A stretch of 64,000 nt of DNA, from positions 130,138,001 to 130,202,000 of the forward strand of contig NC_091980.1 in assembly GCF_044704955.1 (NCBI RefSeq). The letters are read 5' to 3'. The notes beneath the pieces were generated by a model. That model did no database searches, was not told the DNA's origin, and saw only the letters and a program-made list of their open reading frames with translations. The translations under genes were made by a program, and so were the position numbers. Shown here in pieces: positions 33,005-49,899 of this stretch. The number at the start of each line of letters is the position of its first letter. The stretch's first letter is position 1. Source of the DNA: Pristiophorus japonicus. Its lineage: Eukaryota.

Positions 33005-35520
33005 GCATTTATTGTCCGTCACTAATTGCCTTTGAGAAGGTGCTGGTCAGCCATCTTCTTGAACCGCTGCAGTGTTGTGGTGAAGGTACTCCAACAGTGC
33101 TTTTCGGGAGGAAGTTCCTGGATTTTGCCGCAGTGACGAAATACGAATGGTGATATATTTCCAAGTCAGGTTGTTGTGTAACGTGGAGGTGAACTTGCAG
33201 GCGATAGTGTTCCCAAACTTCTGCTGCCTTTGTCCTTCTAATTGCTAGAGCTCATGGGATGGCTTGTGCTGCTGAAAAAGCCTTGGCGAGTTGCTGCAGT
33301 GCATCTTGTCGATGGTACACACTGCAGCCATGGTGCACCGGTGGTGGAAGCAGTGAATGTGGAAGGTGGTGGATGGGGTGCCAATCAAGCGGCCTGCTTT
33401 GTCCTGGATGGTGTCGAGCTTCTTGATGATTGCTGAAGCTGCACTCAGCCAGTCAAGTGGAGAGTATTCCACCACAATCCTGACTTGTGCCTTGTCGATG
33501 CTGGAAAGACTTTCGGGTGTTAGGAGGTGAGACACTCACCGCAAAATCCCCGGCCTGGCCTGCTCTTATCACCAGAGTATTTATGCGGCTGGGCGAGTTC
33601 AGTTCCTGATCAGCGATGACCCCAGGGGTTAATGCTGGGGAATTCAGCGGCAGTGAATGTTAAGTGCAGGTGGTTAGACTCTCGCTTTTTGCAGATCGTC
33701 ATTGCCTGGCACTTGTGTGCTGCCATTTTTACTTGCCCATTATCAGCCCCACACTGAATGTCATCCAGGTCTTGCTGCATGTGGGCATGGATTGCTTCAT
33801 TTTTGATGTCTTGCAAATGGAACAGAACACTGTGTAATCATCAGTAAACATTCCCACTTCTGGCCTTATGATGGAGGGAAGTTCATTGATGAAGCAGCTT
33901 AAGATAGCTGGGCCAAGGACACTGCCCTGAGGTATTCCTGCAGCGTTGTCCTGGGGCTGAGATGATTGACCTCCAACAACCATTTCCTTTGTGCTAGATA
34001 TGAGTCCAGCTCATCGAGAGTTTTCTATATTCGCATTGACTTCAATTTTACAAGGGCTACTTGATGCCGCACTCCATCAGTGGCTGCCTTGCTGTGAAAG
34101 GTAGTCACTCTCACCTCACCTGGAATTCAGTTCCTTTGTACATGTTTGGACCAAGGCTGCAATGAGATCAAGAGCCGAGTGGTCCTGACACAACCCAAAC
34201 TGGGCATCGGTGAGCAGATTATTGGTGATAAAATCTTCCCTCACTTTGCTGATGATTGAGTGTAGACTGATGGGGCGGAAATTGGCCTGAATGGATTTGT
34301 CCTGCTTTTTCTGGACAGGACGTACCAGGGGAATTTTTCACATTGTCGGGTAGATGCCAGTGTCTCTGTACTGGAACAGCTTGGCTAGAGGTGTGGCCAT
34401 GAATTTACAGATTGTGGTGCAATACAATTCTGCAGTTGCTGATGACCCACAGTGCCTCATGGATGACCAGTTTTGAGCTGCTCAATCTGTTTTGAATCTA
34501 TTACATTTAATAGATTCTCAAGCCACTCACCACGAAGGAGGGTGTCCTCAGTGTGAAGACAAGAATTTGTCTCCACAAGGACTGTGTGGTGGTCACTGCT
34601 GCCAATGCTGTCATGGACAGGTGAATCTGTGACAGGTAGATTGCTGAGGACAAGATCAGTAGGTTTTTCCCTTGTGTTGATTCTCTCACCATCTGTCGGA
34701 AGCCCAATCTGGATGCTATGTCCTTCAGGACTCAGCCCGCTTGCTCAGTGCTACCGAGCCCCTCTTGGTGATGGACATTGAAGCCTATTGCTAATATCAG
34801 TGCTTCTTTCAAGTGGCCTTCAACATGGAGGAGTACTGATTCATCAGCTGAGGGAGGGCGGTAGGTGGTAATCAGCAGGAGGTTTCCATGCCCAAGCTTG
34901 ACCTGAACCCATGAGACTTGATAGGGTCCAGAGTAAATGTTCAGGACTCCTACCGCTACTCCCTCCCGACTATATACCACTGAGCCGCCACTTCTGGTGT
35001 GTCTGCCCTTCTGGTGGGACAGGACATACGCAGGGATGGTGAAGGAGGAATCTGGGACATTGGCTGAAAGGTATGATTCTGTGCTTATGAATATGTCGGG
35101 CTGTTGCTTGACTAACCTGTAGGACAGCTCTCCCCATTTAGGCACAAGATACCAGATGTTAGTGAGGAGGACTTTGCAGGGTCGACTGGGCTGGGTGTAC
35201 CATTGTCATGTCAGAAGCCGGTGCCGAGGTCAATGCCGGGTTGTCCATCCTGTTTTATTCTAATTATTGTTTCTCGTAACGGTTTGTTATAACTGATTGG
35301 CTTGCTTGGCCATTTCAGAGGGCAGTTAAGACTCAACCACATTGCTTTGGGTTTGGAGTCATATTGGCCAGATTTCCTTCCCGAAGGACATTAGTGAAGC
35401 AGATGGGTTTTTACAACAATCCAATAGCTCCCTGGGCAACATTAGTGATACCAGCTTTTTATTCCAGATTTTAATTTAATTAACTGAATTTCAATTCCCC
35501 AGCTGCCGTGGTGGGACTTT
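33005..35520 (-). mobile_element. Paralogue of the APE/RT LINE at 14226-16740
   Basis: ORFs 34732-35145, 33729-33983 (PQGSVLGP...MFTDD) and 33245-33535. Confidence 0.85.
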
Positions 35521-36276
35521 GGATCATTAGTCCAGGCCTCTGAATTACTTGTCCAGTAACATAACCACTATTTTACCGTACTCTTTGCATCTCTCAATGG
35601 CACTTTTGGAGTATCAATGTCACCACAATTCATACGTTGATGAGACACAATTCTACAAGTCATGTTGGGTTTTGCGTGCTGATGAGTTTCACGGCTTCAT
35701 GTTTCAGATCAAACAAATTCTTCAGCTCAATCGATGTGAAAAACTTTACAGATGCCCTTGTTTTAAGAATTACATAAAATCTGCAGCACAGAAATAGGCC
35801 ATTCTCTCTGGCAAATTGCAGTGGTGAGCGGTTCTTCTTGAACGTAAAACGCTTCAAGGATGAGGTGAGGAACCGAATGGGACAAGATTGATTTAATAGT
35901 CTTTCAATCATGAGCATGGAGAGCGAAGTACTGAGAGGACTTGATTCACACACTGAGCCTCCTCCCAATTTCAATTAACCCTATCAGCATATCCTGCCAA
36001 TCCTTCCTCCCTCATGTGTTCATCCAGCTTCCCCTTAAACGCGTCCATGCTTTTTGTCTCAACTATTCCTTTTGATAGCGAGTTAAACATTCTGAACACT
36101 CTCTGAGTAAAGAAGTTTCTTTTGAAGTCTCTCTTAGATTATTAATTCTAACTTTCTATATAATTCTATGGAGATCAGAACTGTGCACAATACTCCAAGT
36201 GTTGTCTTGCCAAGGTTCGATATAAAGTTAACATGCTGCACAGGGATGTGGTTCAGTTCACCTCAACCGTGTTCTC

Positions 36277-36940
36277 CCTGTGGCCGAGGAGCTCCTCCCT
36301 GAGTCACAGTGCGTATTTCGTCCCCTACGGGTAACAACGGACATGTTCTTTGCAGCACGCCAATTGCAGGAAAAATGCAGGGAGCAGCGCCAGCCCTTAT
36401 ACATGGCATTTTTCGATCTTATAAAGGCCTTTGAGACTGTCGACCGTGAGGGCTTATGGAGCGTCCTACCTCCATTTTGGATACCCCCAAAAGTTTGTCA
36501 ACATCCTTCGCCTGCTCCACGACGACATGCAGGCCGTGATCCTCATCAGCGGATTTGTTACAGACCCATTCCACGTTCGAAGCGGGATCAAACAAGGCTT
36601 CTTCATCGCTCCAACGCTTTTCTCAATCTTCCTCGCTGCCAACTCCACCTCACTGTCAACAAGCTCCCTGCTGGAGTGGAACTAAACTACAGAATCAGTG
36701 GGATGCAGTTTAACCTATGCCCTCTCCAGACCAGGTCCAAGACCATCCAAACCTCAGTCGTTCAACTGCAGTATGCGGACGATGCCTGCGTCTGCGCACA
36801 TTCTGAGGCTGAACTCTAGGATATAGTCGATGTATTCACTGAGGCATATAAAATCATGGGCCTTGCACTTAACATCCTTATGACAAAGGTCCACTTCAAC
36901 CTGTCTTCGCCACACAGCACGGCCCCCCAGACATCAGGTA
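36277..36940 (+). mobile_element. RTE-clade LINE paralogue, 3' part deleted
   Basis: ORF 36280-36819 with QLQYADD; alignment to 17790+ breaks at ~36940 and resumes at the equivalent of ~19775. Confidence 0.85.
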
Positions 36941-37032
36941 TCCACAGATACCTGAAAATGACCAACCCACTGAACCGCACAGAGCTATTAAAAAGACACT
37001 GACTCGCAAACAACGGAAGATTCAATTAACCT

Positions 37033-37348
37033 GGGTAAGAGGTCGTCAACAAGGCTGGCCAGCGGGCATTCGATGTGGTCGTTCGGCCCGACTGCCCGCC
37101 TCTCTTCCGCGGCTACGTTCGCTCCCGGGTGTCCCTGGAGATGAAGCAGGAGGTGTCCATTGGCACGCTCGCAGCCTTCCGTGAGAGGAGGGACTGGAGT
37201 GCATCATCACCTCGGGTATAGAATTTTAATTTAATTTGTTAAGTTTCCTTTAACATCTTTTGTGAAGTTGCAGTCTTTATTGGTTGTGCCTCTTTAAAAA
37301 GGGGCCCATGCTTGACTTTAAATTGACAATTGCCACCGACAAAAAGAG
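37033..37348 (+). mobile_element. Tx1/L1-like 3' fragment abutting the C5 promoter
   Basis: Shares ggagggactggagtgcatcatcac and an aaaagag end with 16759-17036. Confidence 0.6.
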
Positions 37349-37590
37349 TCAGCCAATGATGCTCATTCTTCAAAGTTCATGACTGGCTCTGGGAGTCATG
37401 GCCCCTCCTCCCTTTACTTGATTGGTGCTCTGACAGAGGCTGCAACTTGTGATTGGCTGTTGAGGAATGTCACTCACAGCGAGACTGTCCCGCCCTGGAT
37501 TATCCAGCAGTACAAAGGCAGGAGTTGAAATTAGCTAACTCTTAGCTTCATGATTTAACAAGGCTTAGATTTTTGGAAAAGCAAATTAGG

Positions 37591-40355
<2,765 letters not shown>

Positions 40356-41344
40356 CTGCCAGGAACAAGCATATTGTGCTCAGTACGAGTGTTTATATAA
40401 TTGTGTGAGACTCTGTCCTGTAGAGAATGACAGCCTGTGACTTTATGCAGGCTGTGAGACTTGGCCTCGTGATGTGAAATGTATATAAACTGTTCAGTAT
40501 AGGACTGGATTTTATCTCATTGTAAATTTGAGTGAGTGGTTGTTTATTTTCAAATTAACGTCAGACCAGAATTACACTGGGCTGTGTAACCACTTTATTG
40601 TTCCTCTTTCCTGCTGGTGTACATATGATTGGTTGAGCTGCATTGTCAAGGTATTGTGTTGAAGATGTCATTCCAATTCTGTATATCCAATGGGAGTAAA
40701 TTGTTTAGTGCATTTGAGTGATTGTTGCAATGCTGTACTCCAACAACTTGCATTGATGTAGTACATGTAAAGTTTTGCTCTTTGGGAGTTAATGATGTGG
40801 GGGAGAATGCAGCAAAGTGAAGTTGAGGCCAAGATCAGATCAGTTGTGATCTTACGGAATAGTGCAGTAAGCTCGAGGGCCCAAATGGCCAACTCCTGCT
40901 CCTATTTCTGGGGGAGGGAACTCTACAGCAGGGGCCTAAGGCAGCTGAATACAAGTAACTGCTCCTACTAATGATGAATATTCTCTCTGCCCTTTACATC
41001 AATGGCAACAATTTAACCCCTAAAAGAACAAAGTGTTAGTGCCTGTAATGTTCCATGCATGGAGAGTTTTCCAGTCCATTAGTGTTTAACCATTTCATTC
41101 GAAATGAAAACTCCCAGTTTCGGTATTTATTTAAAGTAAGCTACCACCACCATTCTGCGTTACTCCTGTAGACTACACTTCAGGTAGCTCACTTAACTAA
41201 ACTCTTCGTTGCTCCTATTGACTCTCTGGTCAGCTTTGTGGGCAAAGTAGCACACAATGCTGATTTTCCACTCCCAATATCTGAGCTCATTAAGTGAGCC
41301 ATGCTATTAGGGGGCAAGGGAAGTACAATTGGGTGACTGGGAAA

Positions 41345-42900
41345 TGTTATGTATTTTCCAGGTACCTTAAATGTATAAGTACAATGGTGCATCAGTGGGT
41401 GCTGTGAAAGTACCTGCAAGATAGAGTATAAAAGGCTCCCTACCACACCTGAGGCATTCTGGAGTTACATAATAAAGGACAAAGGTCATAGCAGTTGCAT
41501 CGACACTAGACTGTGTGGAGTCAGTGATTTGTGTTCTTCCACTTCATTGACAGCGAGGAAGCGGATGAACTCCATGCAACCATGGCTACTCTGGGCTCGT
41601 TAAAGGATTTTACCGAAAGGCTCGAGTACTACTTCACAGCAAATGACCTGACTGGGCACCTAGCTGCACTGAGAGAGAAGCATAAGGCGATATTGTTTTC
41701 CAGTTGTCGCGATGAGGTTTACTGTTTCATTAGGGATTTGCTGTCACCCACGAGTGCCAAGGCCAAATCATATGAGGAGCTGGTCGCACTCGTTCGTGAC
41801 CAGTTGACACCAAAGGAGAGCATCCACATACAAATTCTGCTGCAGACCCGAGGGCCAGAATGTCACCAAATATGCTGCGGACGTCAGGAGACTCGCGCTG
41901 CCTTGAGATTTTGGCGCACACCTTGACTAGAAGTTGCGGGAAGTTTTTGTTCTAGAGATTGGCCATGAGTGCCTCCTTCACAAGCTGCTAGCCACGGAAC
42001 CCAGAGTCACCCTGACAAAAGCCATCATCAGCCGGGCCTATATGATCTCGACTTGCAGCACCAAGCAAATGATCCACACAGTCTCAAAACCGGCAGGCAT
42101 TGTCCACAGGATACCGCCTGCCACAGACAAAACTGCAGAATGTGGCTCTGCCCGGGGCAGAGAACACGGACCTCGCGGTCCTAGAACTCAGAGTCCGCTG
42201 AGGGGGGCCAATCAAGCAGCACCATGCTGGCGCTGCGGAGGAAGCCATAGGGCTCACCTGTGCAGGTTTGCGGAGTATACGTGCAATACCTGCCACCTGA
42301 AAGGCCACCTTCAGCGTATGTGTAAAAGAAATCTGACTCATCATATGGCTGAGGAGATGGTGGATGATCCACTGTTCAGCGAGGAGCAGGCAGAAGAAGA
42401 TGAGGTGTTGGGACTGCACACGTGTAATGACGATTCGCCCCCAGTGATAATGGAAGTAAAAATTGACGGAGTCCCAGTGAGTATGGCAGTGGATATGGGA
42501 TCGGGTCCGTCGTTGATGAGTCAGAGAACTTTTGAGAAACTGTGGGGTAACCCGGCTGCAAGACCCAAACTGGTCCCGACAAGGCAAAGCAGCGTACCTA
42601 CACCAAGGAACTGATACCTGTTCTCGGCAGAGCGTATGTGCAGGTATCTCGGGGGTGAGACGCACGGTTTAACTTTGTGGGTCATTGCAGGCGATGGGCT
42701 AATGCTTCTCGGCAGAAGATGGATGGGAAAGGTCCGTGGGAAATGGGAAGACTTCATTCCTCCACAGACTACTGCTCCCCGGGTTCCCAAAGAGCAGCGC
42801 CGACTGAGCTAGAGCTGCAACCTAAATCCACACACAGGCAACAGCGGCTCAGAACTCTTGACCTCAAGCAATTCTGCAGCCTCAGCCTCCACAGACGAGT
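41345..42900 (+). mobile_element. Truncated Gypsy-type LTR element: LTR 41345-41546, gag (ATG 41582) with zinc knuckles, protease; no RT/integrase visible
   Basis: LTR TG...CA with TATAAAA and AATAAA; degenerate PBS ttgacagcgagg; FTERLEYYF; CWRCGGSHRAHLC and CNTCHLKGHLQRMC; AVDMGS protease motif. 3' boundary approximate. Confidence 0.85.
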
Positions 42901-43229
42901 CGACTGTGGAACAGCAAGTTTGCAGGTGCGGGCCGATTGCCAGGGTACGTGCCGGGGGGGACGCTGTGGGAGATTTCTGTGCTACATACACTACAGAAAA
43001 TCCACCCTCAAATTCACATTTACACAAACTAATTTTAGAAAAATAGTTCAGAGCTGTAGTGAGTGCAATGACATTGCTGTTGTGTCATTCCATGTATTTG
43101 CATCACAAAGAAGTTTCCAGTCACCATATATCAAATGGCAGTATCTGGTGCCCACTAGGGTGGCCATTGAGTGTGACCATGTGATGTCCATCAGTTTGCT
43201 CGAAGCCCTTTGTGACTGCAGGACATTCA

Positions 43230-43832
43230 CTACATAGAAAATAGGTGCAGGAGTAGGCCATTCGGTCGTTTGAGCCTGCATCATCATTCAATAAGATCAT
43301 GACTGATCATTCACCTCTGTACTCCTTTCCCGCTTTCTCTCCATACCCCTTGATCCCTTTAGCCATAAAGGCCATATCTAAGTCCCTCCTGAATATATCC
43401 AATGAGCTGGCATCAACCACTCTCTGTGGTGGTAAATTCCACAGGTTAACAATTCTGTGAAGAAATTTCTCCTCATCTAAGTCCTACATGTCTTACCCCT
43501 TATCCTTCGCCTATGTCCCCTGATTCTGGACTTCCCCAACATTGGGAACATTCTTCCTGCATCTCACCTGTCCAGTCCCGTCAGAACTTTATATGTTTCT
43601 ATGAGATCCCCTCTCATCCTTCTAAACTCCAGCGAATACAGGACTAGTCGATCCAGTCTCTCCTCATATGTCAGTCCTGCTATCCCGGGTATTAGTCTGG
43701 TGAACCTTCGCTGCACTCCCTCAACAGCAAGAACATCCTTCAGCAGATTAGGAGACCAAAACTGAACACAAAATTCCAGGTGAGGCCTCACTAAGACCCT
43801 GTACAACTGCAGTAAGACCTCCCTGCTCTTTC
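43230..43832 (-). mobile_element. CR1 3' end (same family as 51344-53080)
   Basis: ORF 43564-43953 contains LYRVLVRPHLEFCVQFWSP...RRMRGDLIETYK; 3' UTR acatagaaaataggtgcaggagtaggccattcgg. Confidence 0.88.
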
Positions 43833-45500
43833 GATCAATACAGATGTAAATACACAGACACATGTTTGATTCAGGTGGGTCAACTAGGCTCATTGGTGGC
43901 ATCTCCCGCGAAAGGGCAGTGCCTGTGGTGTGATTGGTGGCTCTGGATCTCAATCACTGCTGCCCCCTCTGCCCCATCTAAAGCAGAGTTTTAATCCAAG
44001 GGAACACCTCTCATCAGCTAATCCACGACTGAACCACTTCTGCACTGAAACCAGATGTCACAGCTTTGGATCTCCGAGAAACACCACATGAAAGGCCAAT
44101 TACCAGAGGGGAGAGATGAGCAGCGAGTTGTTGTGATCCAGAACGCGCTGCCTGAAAGGGCGGTGGAATCAGATTCAACAGCAACTTTGAAGATGGACTT
44201 GCATAAATACTTGACAAAAGTTGCAGGACTATGGAGAAGGAGCTGAGGAGTGGGACTAATTGGATCACTCTTTGAAAGAGCCTGCATAGGCACGATGGGC
44301 CGAATGGCCTCCTTCTGTGCTGATAGAATCTATGATGAGCCAGACAGTTAGAGCACTTCTGAGCCTCATCATTTCAATCAGATTTAAATATTCTTTTGCC
44401 TCACTGAAAACCGACTGTAAAAGCACACGTCCAACACCAAATTGAAGGGCAGGAAAAGATCAGCTGATCCATCAAGCCTGCCCCAAAACACGCCGGAGTA
44501 AATCATAGAATCATAGAATGGTTACAGCACAGAGGGAGGCCATTCGGCCCGTCAAGCCCATGCCGGCTCTCTGCAAGAGCACTTCAGCTAATCCCACTCC
44601 CCCGCAACCCTGCTATTAATGTTTCCTTCAGGTATTTATCCAATTCCCTTTTGAAAGCCATAACTGAGTCTACCTCCACCACGCTCTCGGGCATTGCATT
44701 ACAGATCCCAACCACTCGCTGTGTAAACATGTCGCCTTTGTTCTTTTGCCAGTCACTTTAAATCCATGTCCTCTGGTTCTCGACCCTTCTACCAATGGGA
44801 ACCGTTCCTGTCTATCAACTCTGTCCAGACACCTTATGATTTTGAATTCCTCTATCAAATGGAGACGTGTCTGTGGGTGACAATGTGTTCAGTAATGTTC
44901 ACTCCCTCTCATTTTCGCTCACTATATTGAATTTTACCAGGCATCATTCCATGAGAATAAAAATGACAAATCGTTGATGCCCCCATGTAGCCAAACCTCA
45001 GACACATGCCCATTCTCTATATTCGAACTGGGGGCAGTTCACACCATCCACAGGATGGAATTCGCCTTCCACTGGCCAATGCTTGGTTTGTAAATGCACC
45101 AAGACGACTTGATTGCTTTGAATATTGTCTCAGTGCCACAGAAACTTGCAAGTAATAAACTTCGCCAGATTATGAAAAGCCCATTTAGCGAACGTAGAAA
45201 ATTATCATTTCATTCAATTGAGAGCGTTAAACAACGACACACTTTCAGATTTGAGGAGGTTCAAGGAACCCAAAGGCAGTGACATCACTGAGACTGATCT
45301 CCCCCAGACCCCGCCCCCAAACTCCCTCTCATTTTTTAATTGGTGCCTGAATTCAGTGAATATTCCTGATTGGTTCTCAGGGATTGTCAATCATCATTGG
45401 TGATGTCATACCCTGTTTGAATGCAGTTGTTCCAATAGTACAAATCCAGGAGCTTGTGTAAGACATAGTGAGTTCTAGAACTGTGTAAGTGACAGTGAAG

Positions 45501-48105
45501 ATGGCTTCCCAAGTGTGTCAGAACTACCACAAGGACTGTGAGGCTGCTGTCAACAAGCAGATCAACATGGAGCTCTGTTCCTCCTATGTTTACCTCTCCA
45601 TGGTGAGTCTTGTATTCCTTGTTGCTGCAATCTGAAAAGTTGTTAACTCTCCAGTTCAATGAACCGTCTTTAAGTTGTTTTTCTCTGGACTTCCTTCCCT
45701 GGGGGAGCAGAGTCTTTGGGTAGTGAGGACTTCAGGTGTGTAATACAGGGGCATCTTGTTGAGTTCATGGACTTCTCACTGGAGCAGCTGCCCTCTTGAA
45801 GTTTAATGTCTGAAACCAGCCCAGCTGCTGCCTGAGTGTGTGACAGAAGAGCACAAACCTGGTCAGGGGCCTGTTGTTCAGTTTCAGTGGGGGGACTTCA
45901 GTGAGTGAAAAATGTGCAGGTCCTCACTAGTGTTCTTATTGGAGGTAAAGTACTGAGAATCCTGGTGTTGGAGCCTTGCTCACTGCTGAGATCTCTGTAA
46001 TAGACTATTACTGTGTAAACTACTGGAGTGGAGGATTTTTCTCATTCCATGCCCAAACTTGGTCTAGAATGGAAGAAGAATAATTTCTATAATGCCTTTC
46101 ACTACCTTGGCTACAAAGCACTTTGGGAGATTCCAATGAAGATGTTAAGTTTTGTTACCTGTTATGTGGGAAATGCAGCAGCCAATTAGTGCAAAGTCGG
46201 CTCCCACATACTGCAATGAGATAATGATTAGATCATCTGTTTTACTGGTGTTGGTTGAGGGATAAATATTGGCCAGGACACTGCAGAGAGCTCTCTGCAG
46301 TAGTATCTAGAACATGGAGTAGGCTTGAGGGGCCAATGGCTTATTCCTGTCATTCAATAAGATCATTGTTGATCTTGGACCTCAACTCCTCCTCTGCACT
46401 GTCCACATATACCTTGGTATCCAAAAATCTATCATGTGCTCTCTCTCTCTCTTGAATATACTCAATAACTGAGCCTCTTCAGCTCCTGGGGTAGAGAATG
46501 CCAAAGAGTCCCACCCTGAGTGAAGAAATTCCTCTTCATCTCTGTCGTCAATGACTGACCCCTGGTTCTAGACTCTCCAGCAAGGGGAACCATCCTCCCC
46601 CATCTAATCCTTCAAGCCCTGTAAGAATTTTGTACGTTTCTAATGAGCTCACCTCTCATCCTTCTAAACTCTAGAATAGAGGTCTCGTCTGCTTAATCTT
46701 TCACATCCACCTGATGACTTACACACTCTTGTGTGAATGACAGAAAGTAGAGGAGGTATTGCTTATCCAGAAGTAGAATTCAGTTTGACTGGACATGAAA
46801 TATATTCCTGAACTTTAGGTTTATAGTTTCAGCCTGCAAAGAAAAACTTTCATCGTGCTTTTGGGAGGTGAGGCTCATCTCCTCCGAATGATGAAGTCAA
46901 TGGCATTTTTGCTAGTTTACAAATGGTGTCTATTTTTGAAGGATGAAGATTTCACTAACTAGGGGAAAAATTACTGCTGCATTGTATATGAAGATCAAGG
47001 TCTAAAGAAACTGTTTTGTTTTAAATTCTCTCCGCAGTCCTTCTAATTTGACCGGGATGATGTTGCCCTGCATCACTTTGCTGAGTTCTTCAAACAGCAG
47101 TCACATGAGGAATGTGAGCATGCTGAGAACCTGATGGAATTCCAGAATCACCGTGGAGGACGGATCATCTTGTCTGACATCAAGGTTTGGTTCAATAAAC
47201 TAGTGGCCTTCTGTCTGGATACACTGAGACCTGATTGTTTCAAATACCTCCGAAAGCAATTGGTTCCATGGTTGTGGTCGTGGAATGCAGTAATTCCATA
47301 TACCTATGACACATTGTTTATGGTAAAATGGACATCTGATTGCTTTTTCACCCCTATTTTCCTTGTACTGTCTCATGTATTTTGTTTGTTCCATTGTAAG
47401 TGAACTGCCAGTGACTTTCCTCTTCAGAAACCAGGGCAGGATGAGTGGAGCAATGGTCTGGAGGTGATGCAAAGAGCTCTGCAGATGGAGAAGAATGTGA
47501 ACCAGAGTCTGCTGGATCTGCACAAAACCTCCACTGGGAGCACTGACCCTCATGTCAATTCTTCATGTGGGTTTCAGGGTAAATTGGAGGTGGTGGAACA
47601 TTGCTGTCCTTCAGCTGTTTCAAAAGATCTCTGTGAACAATAACTTTGTTTTGGGGAGGGTCTCTTCTGGGTTCTTCAGGGGGTGGGGAGAGGACCGGGA
47701 AGTTGGCCTACTGTGGATATTGAGAAATGAATGGGTCCCATTGTTTCCAGGATCTAAACTCACATTGTACAGGAGTTACTGGATCATGAGAGCAGATGTA
47801 CATCAATTTCAATTGCCCTACCTGATCCTTCTCCACTCTGAGAGAATTAAAATCCTAACTCGAGGGAATGCTCTGATGTTCCTTGATATCTGCTATATCT
47901 GGCCATAACTCGTTTCCCTCTTTTCTCTTTCTGTTGTGTGACTTCCTGGAGACCCACTACTTGGATGAACAAGTGAAGATGATCAAGAAGCTTGATGATC
48001 AAGAAGCTTGGTGATCACATCACCAACCTGAAGAGACTAGGAGCCCCTGAGAATGGCCTACGAGAGTACCTGTTTGACAAGCATACGCTGGGGGAGAGTG
48101 ACTAA
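45501..48105 (+). pseudogene. Ferritin copy B6, pseudogene: exons 45501-45602, 47038-47184, 47428-47553, 47934-48105
   Basis: TAC>TAA stop at 47044-47046; exon 4 acceptor CAG>CTG (47931-47933); 16-bp tandem duplication gatgatcaagaagctt in exon 4; weakened donor gtcaat; TATA>TACAAA (45439-45444). Confidence 0.93.
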
Positions 48106-49899
48106 ACTGACTGATGGGATTTAACTTATTGTGTTTTGTACTTGTATTTATATAATCAGGCTCCTGTCCTGAAATGAATGAAGGCTTGTGACTTTGTACA
48201 AAGAGCTGAAACCTATAATTATAAATAAACTGTTCAACATTGGGCTGTGTTTTGTTGCCTTGTAAGTTTGAGTGGTGACTTATTTTTCATTTAACATACA
48301 TTGTTCTATGGAAACCAAGAATTACACTGAGCTGTGCAACAGTTATATGGGATTCAGTCCTATGAAATGTGTTTTCCTCTCGTGTAATGTCTATGTATTG
48401 ACTGGGACATTCAGGCACCTGTTATAAAATGTTCAACGGTGTGTTTGGTTAACTGACAGTCCCATGGGATATTGGCCCAGTGACCAAAAGCCTGGTCAGA
48501 GGTATGTAGTCAGGAGGTACAAAGATGTTTAGGGAGGCATCTCTAGAGCTTGGGACTGAGAAGCTGTATACAATTACCTGCTCCAACTATCTGTCTTTGT
48601 ACAAATGACAATTCAATCCAACAAGATGTAACATCTGTTAAACACAGGCCAATTTTCCATTAATTCATTGTTGCACTATTTCAGTCCAGTCAAGAAAAAG
48701 TTCTGGATTCGCTTCCTATTTAGTGTATCTGCCTCGTGAACAGTAGTTTGTATTCAATAGATGCAACAGATCCTGTTCAATTATCCAGGTACTTCAGTAA
48801 TGGGACTCACCACTGCTGCTATAGGCTTGCTGTTAAGCTTTGTAGGCAGACAAGCAATGTCTCAGCACACTGAACTCTGGGTACTACAATTGGGTGAGGA
48901 GGGAAAGCAACAGGTGGCATCAGCTTGCTGTCACAGCTTCATTGGTTAGTGTGGATACCCAAGTGTGTGTGGTTCTGGGACAGTTTCTCTTCTGCCTGCT
49001 CCCATCATGGTTGAATAACTTGCCAACACAACCTCCATTCACATGAATAAGAATTGGGTAAAGTATTGGAAGACTAACGATACTCCAACAACATTTAATA
49101 GTTGGGGAAGGAGTAAATGTATTTAATTCCACAAAGCAAAAGGCACAAGATGTTAAACCCATTTCTCCCATGCCCTGGCCACAATGACTAAGCACTCAAT
49201 TTATAAGCCGACTATCAACTTTTTTTTAGTACCATTGTGAATTTCATTACTATCACCCTGTATTAGATCTCCATTTCTCTCCTTTGTGGCGGTGAATGGA
49301 TACAAATGGTATTGCTGCAGCTCCAATAATCCAGTGTTTACAAGTTATTTTTCGGAATTTAGCTGAGAACTGTGTTGAGTGCAATTAAATTGACAAGTAC
49401 AGATATTCCATGTTAATGTCTTCGCAACACTCATGCGCCTTTCGGATATCGATGTTACAAATTGTCATATATTGATGAGCCACAGTTCCACGAGTCGGCC
49501 TGGGTTTGCATGCTGAAAGGTTTGATGGCTTCATGTATCAACAAAGTCTCCAGCTCACTCGATGTGACACTTTACAGGTGCTCGTGTTTTAAGAATTTCT
49601 TACAATTTACAGCACAGAAAAAGACCATTCGGGCCAACTGGGCCATGCTGTGGTTTATGCTCCATGTGAGCCTTCTCCCACCCCACTTCATCTAGCCTGA
49701 TTAGCATCTCCTTCTATTCCTTTCTCCCTTGCGTTTATCTAGCTTTCCCTTAAATGCATCGATGCTCTTTGCATTCAGAGTTATTACTGCGGTAGCTCAG
49801 TAAACGCACTGCTGCTGCTGTGGATTTTCTGTGAAGCTGTGTGGGTAAAGAAGTGAATAACAGCTTATAGAGACTAGCAATGTTTGAGCTCAAGGACAG

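Noticed and set aside
41345-42900. gag-protease segment as a domesticated Gag gene
   Set aside because: Frameshifts and stops, a mutated protease motif and an attached LTR indicate a decayed element.
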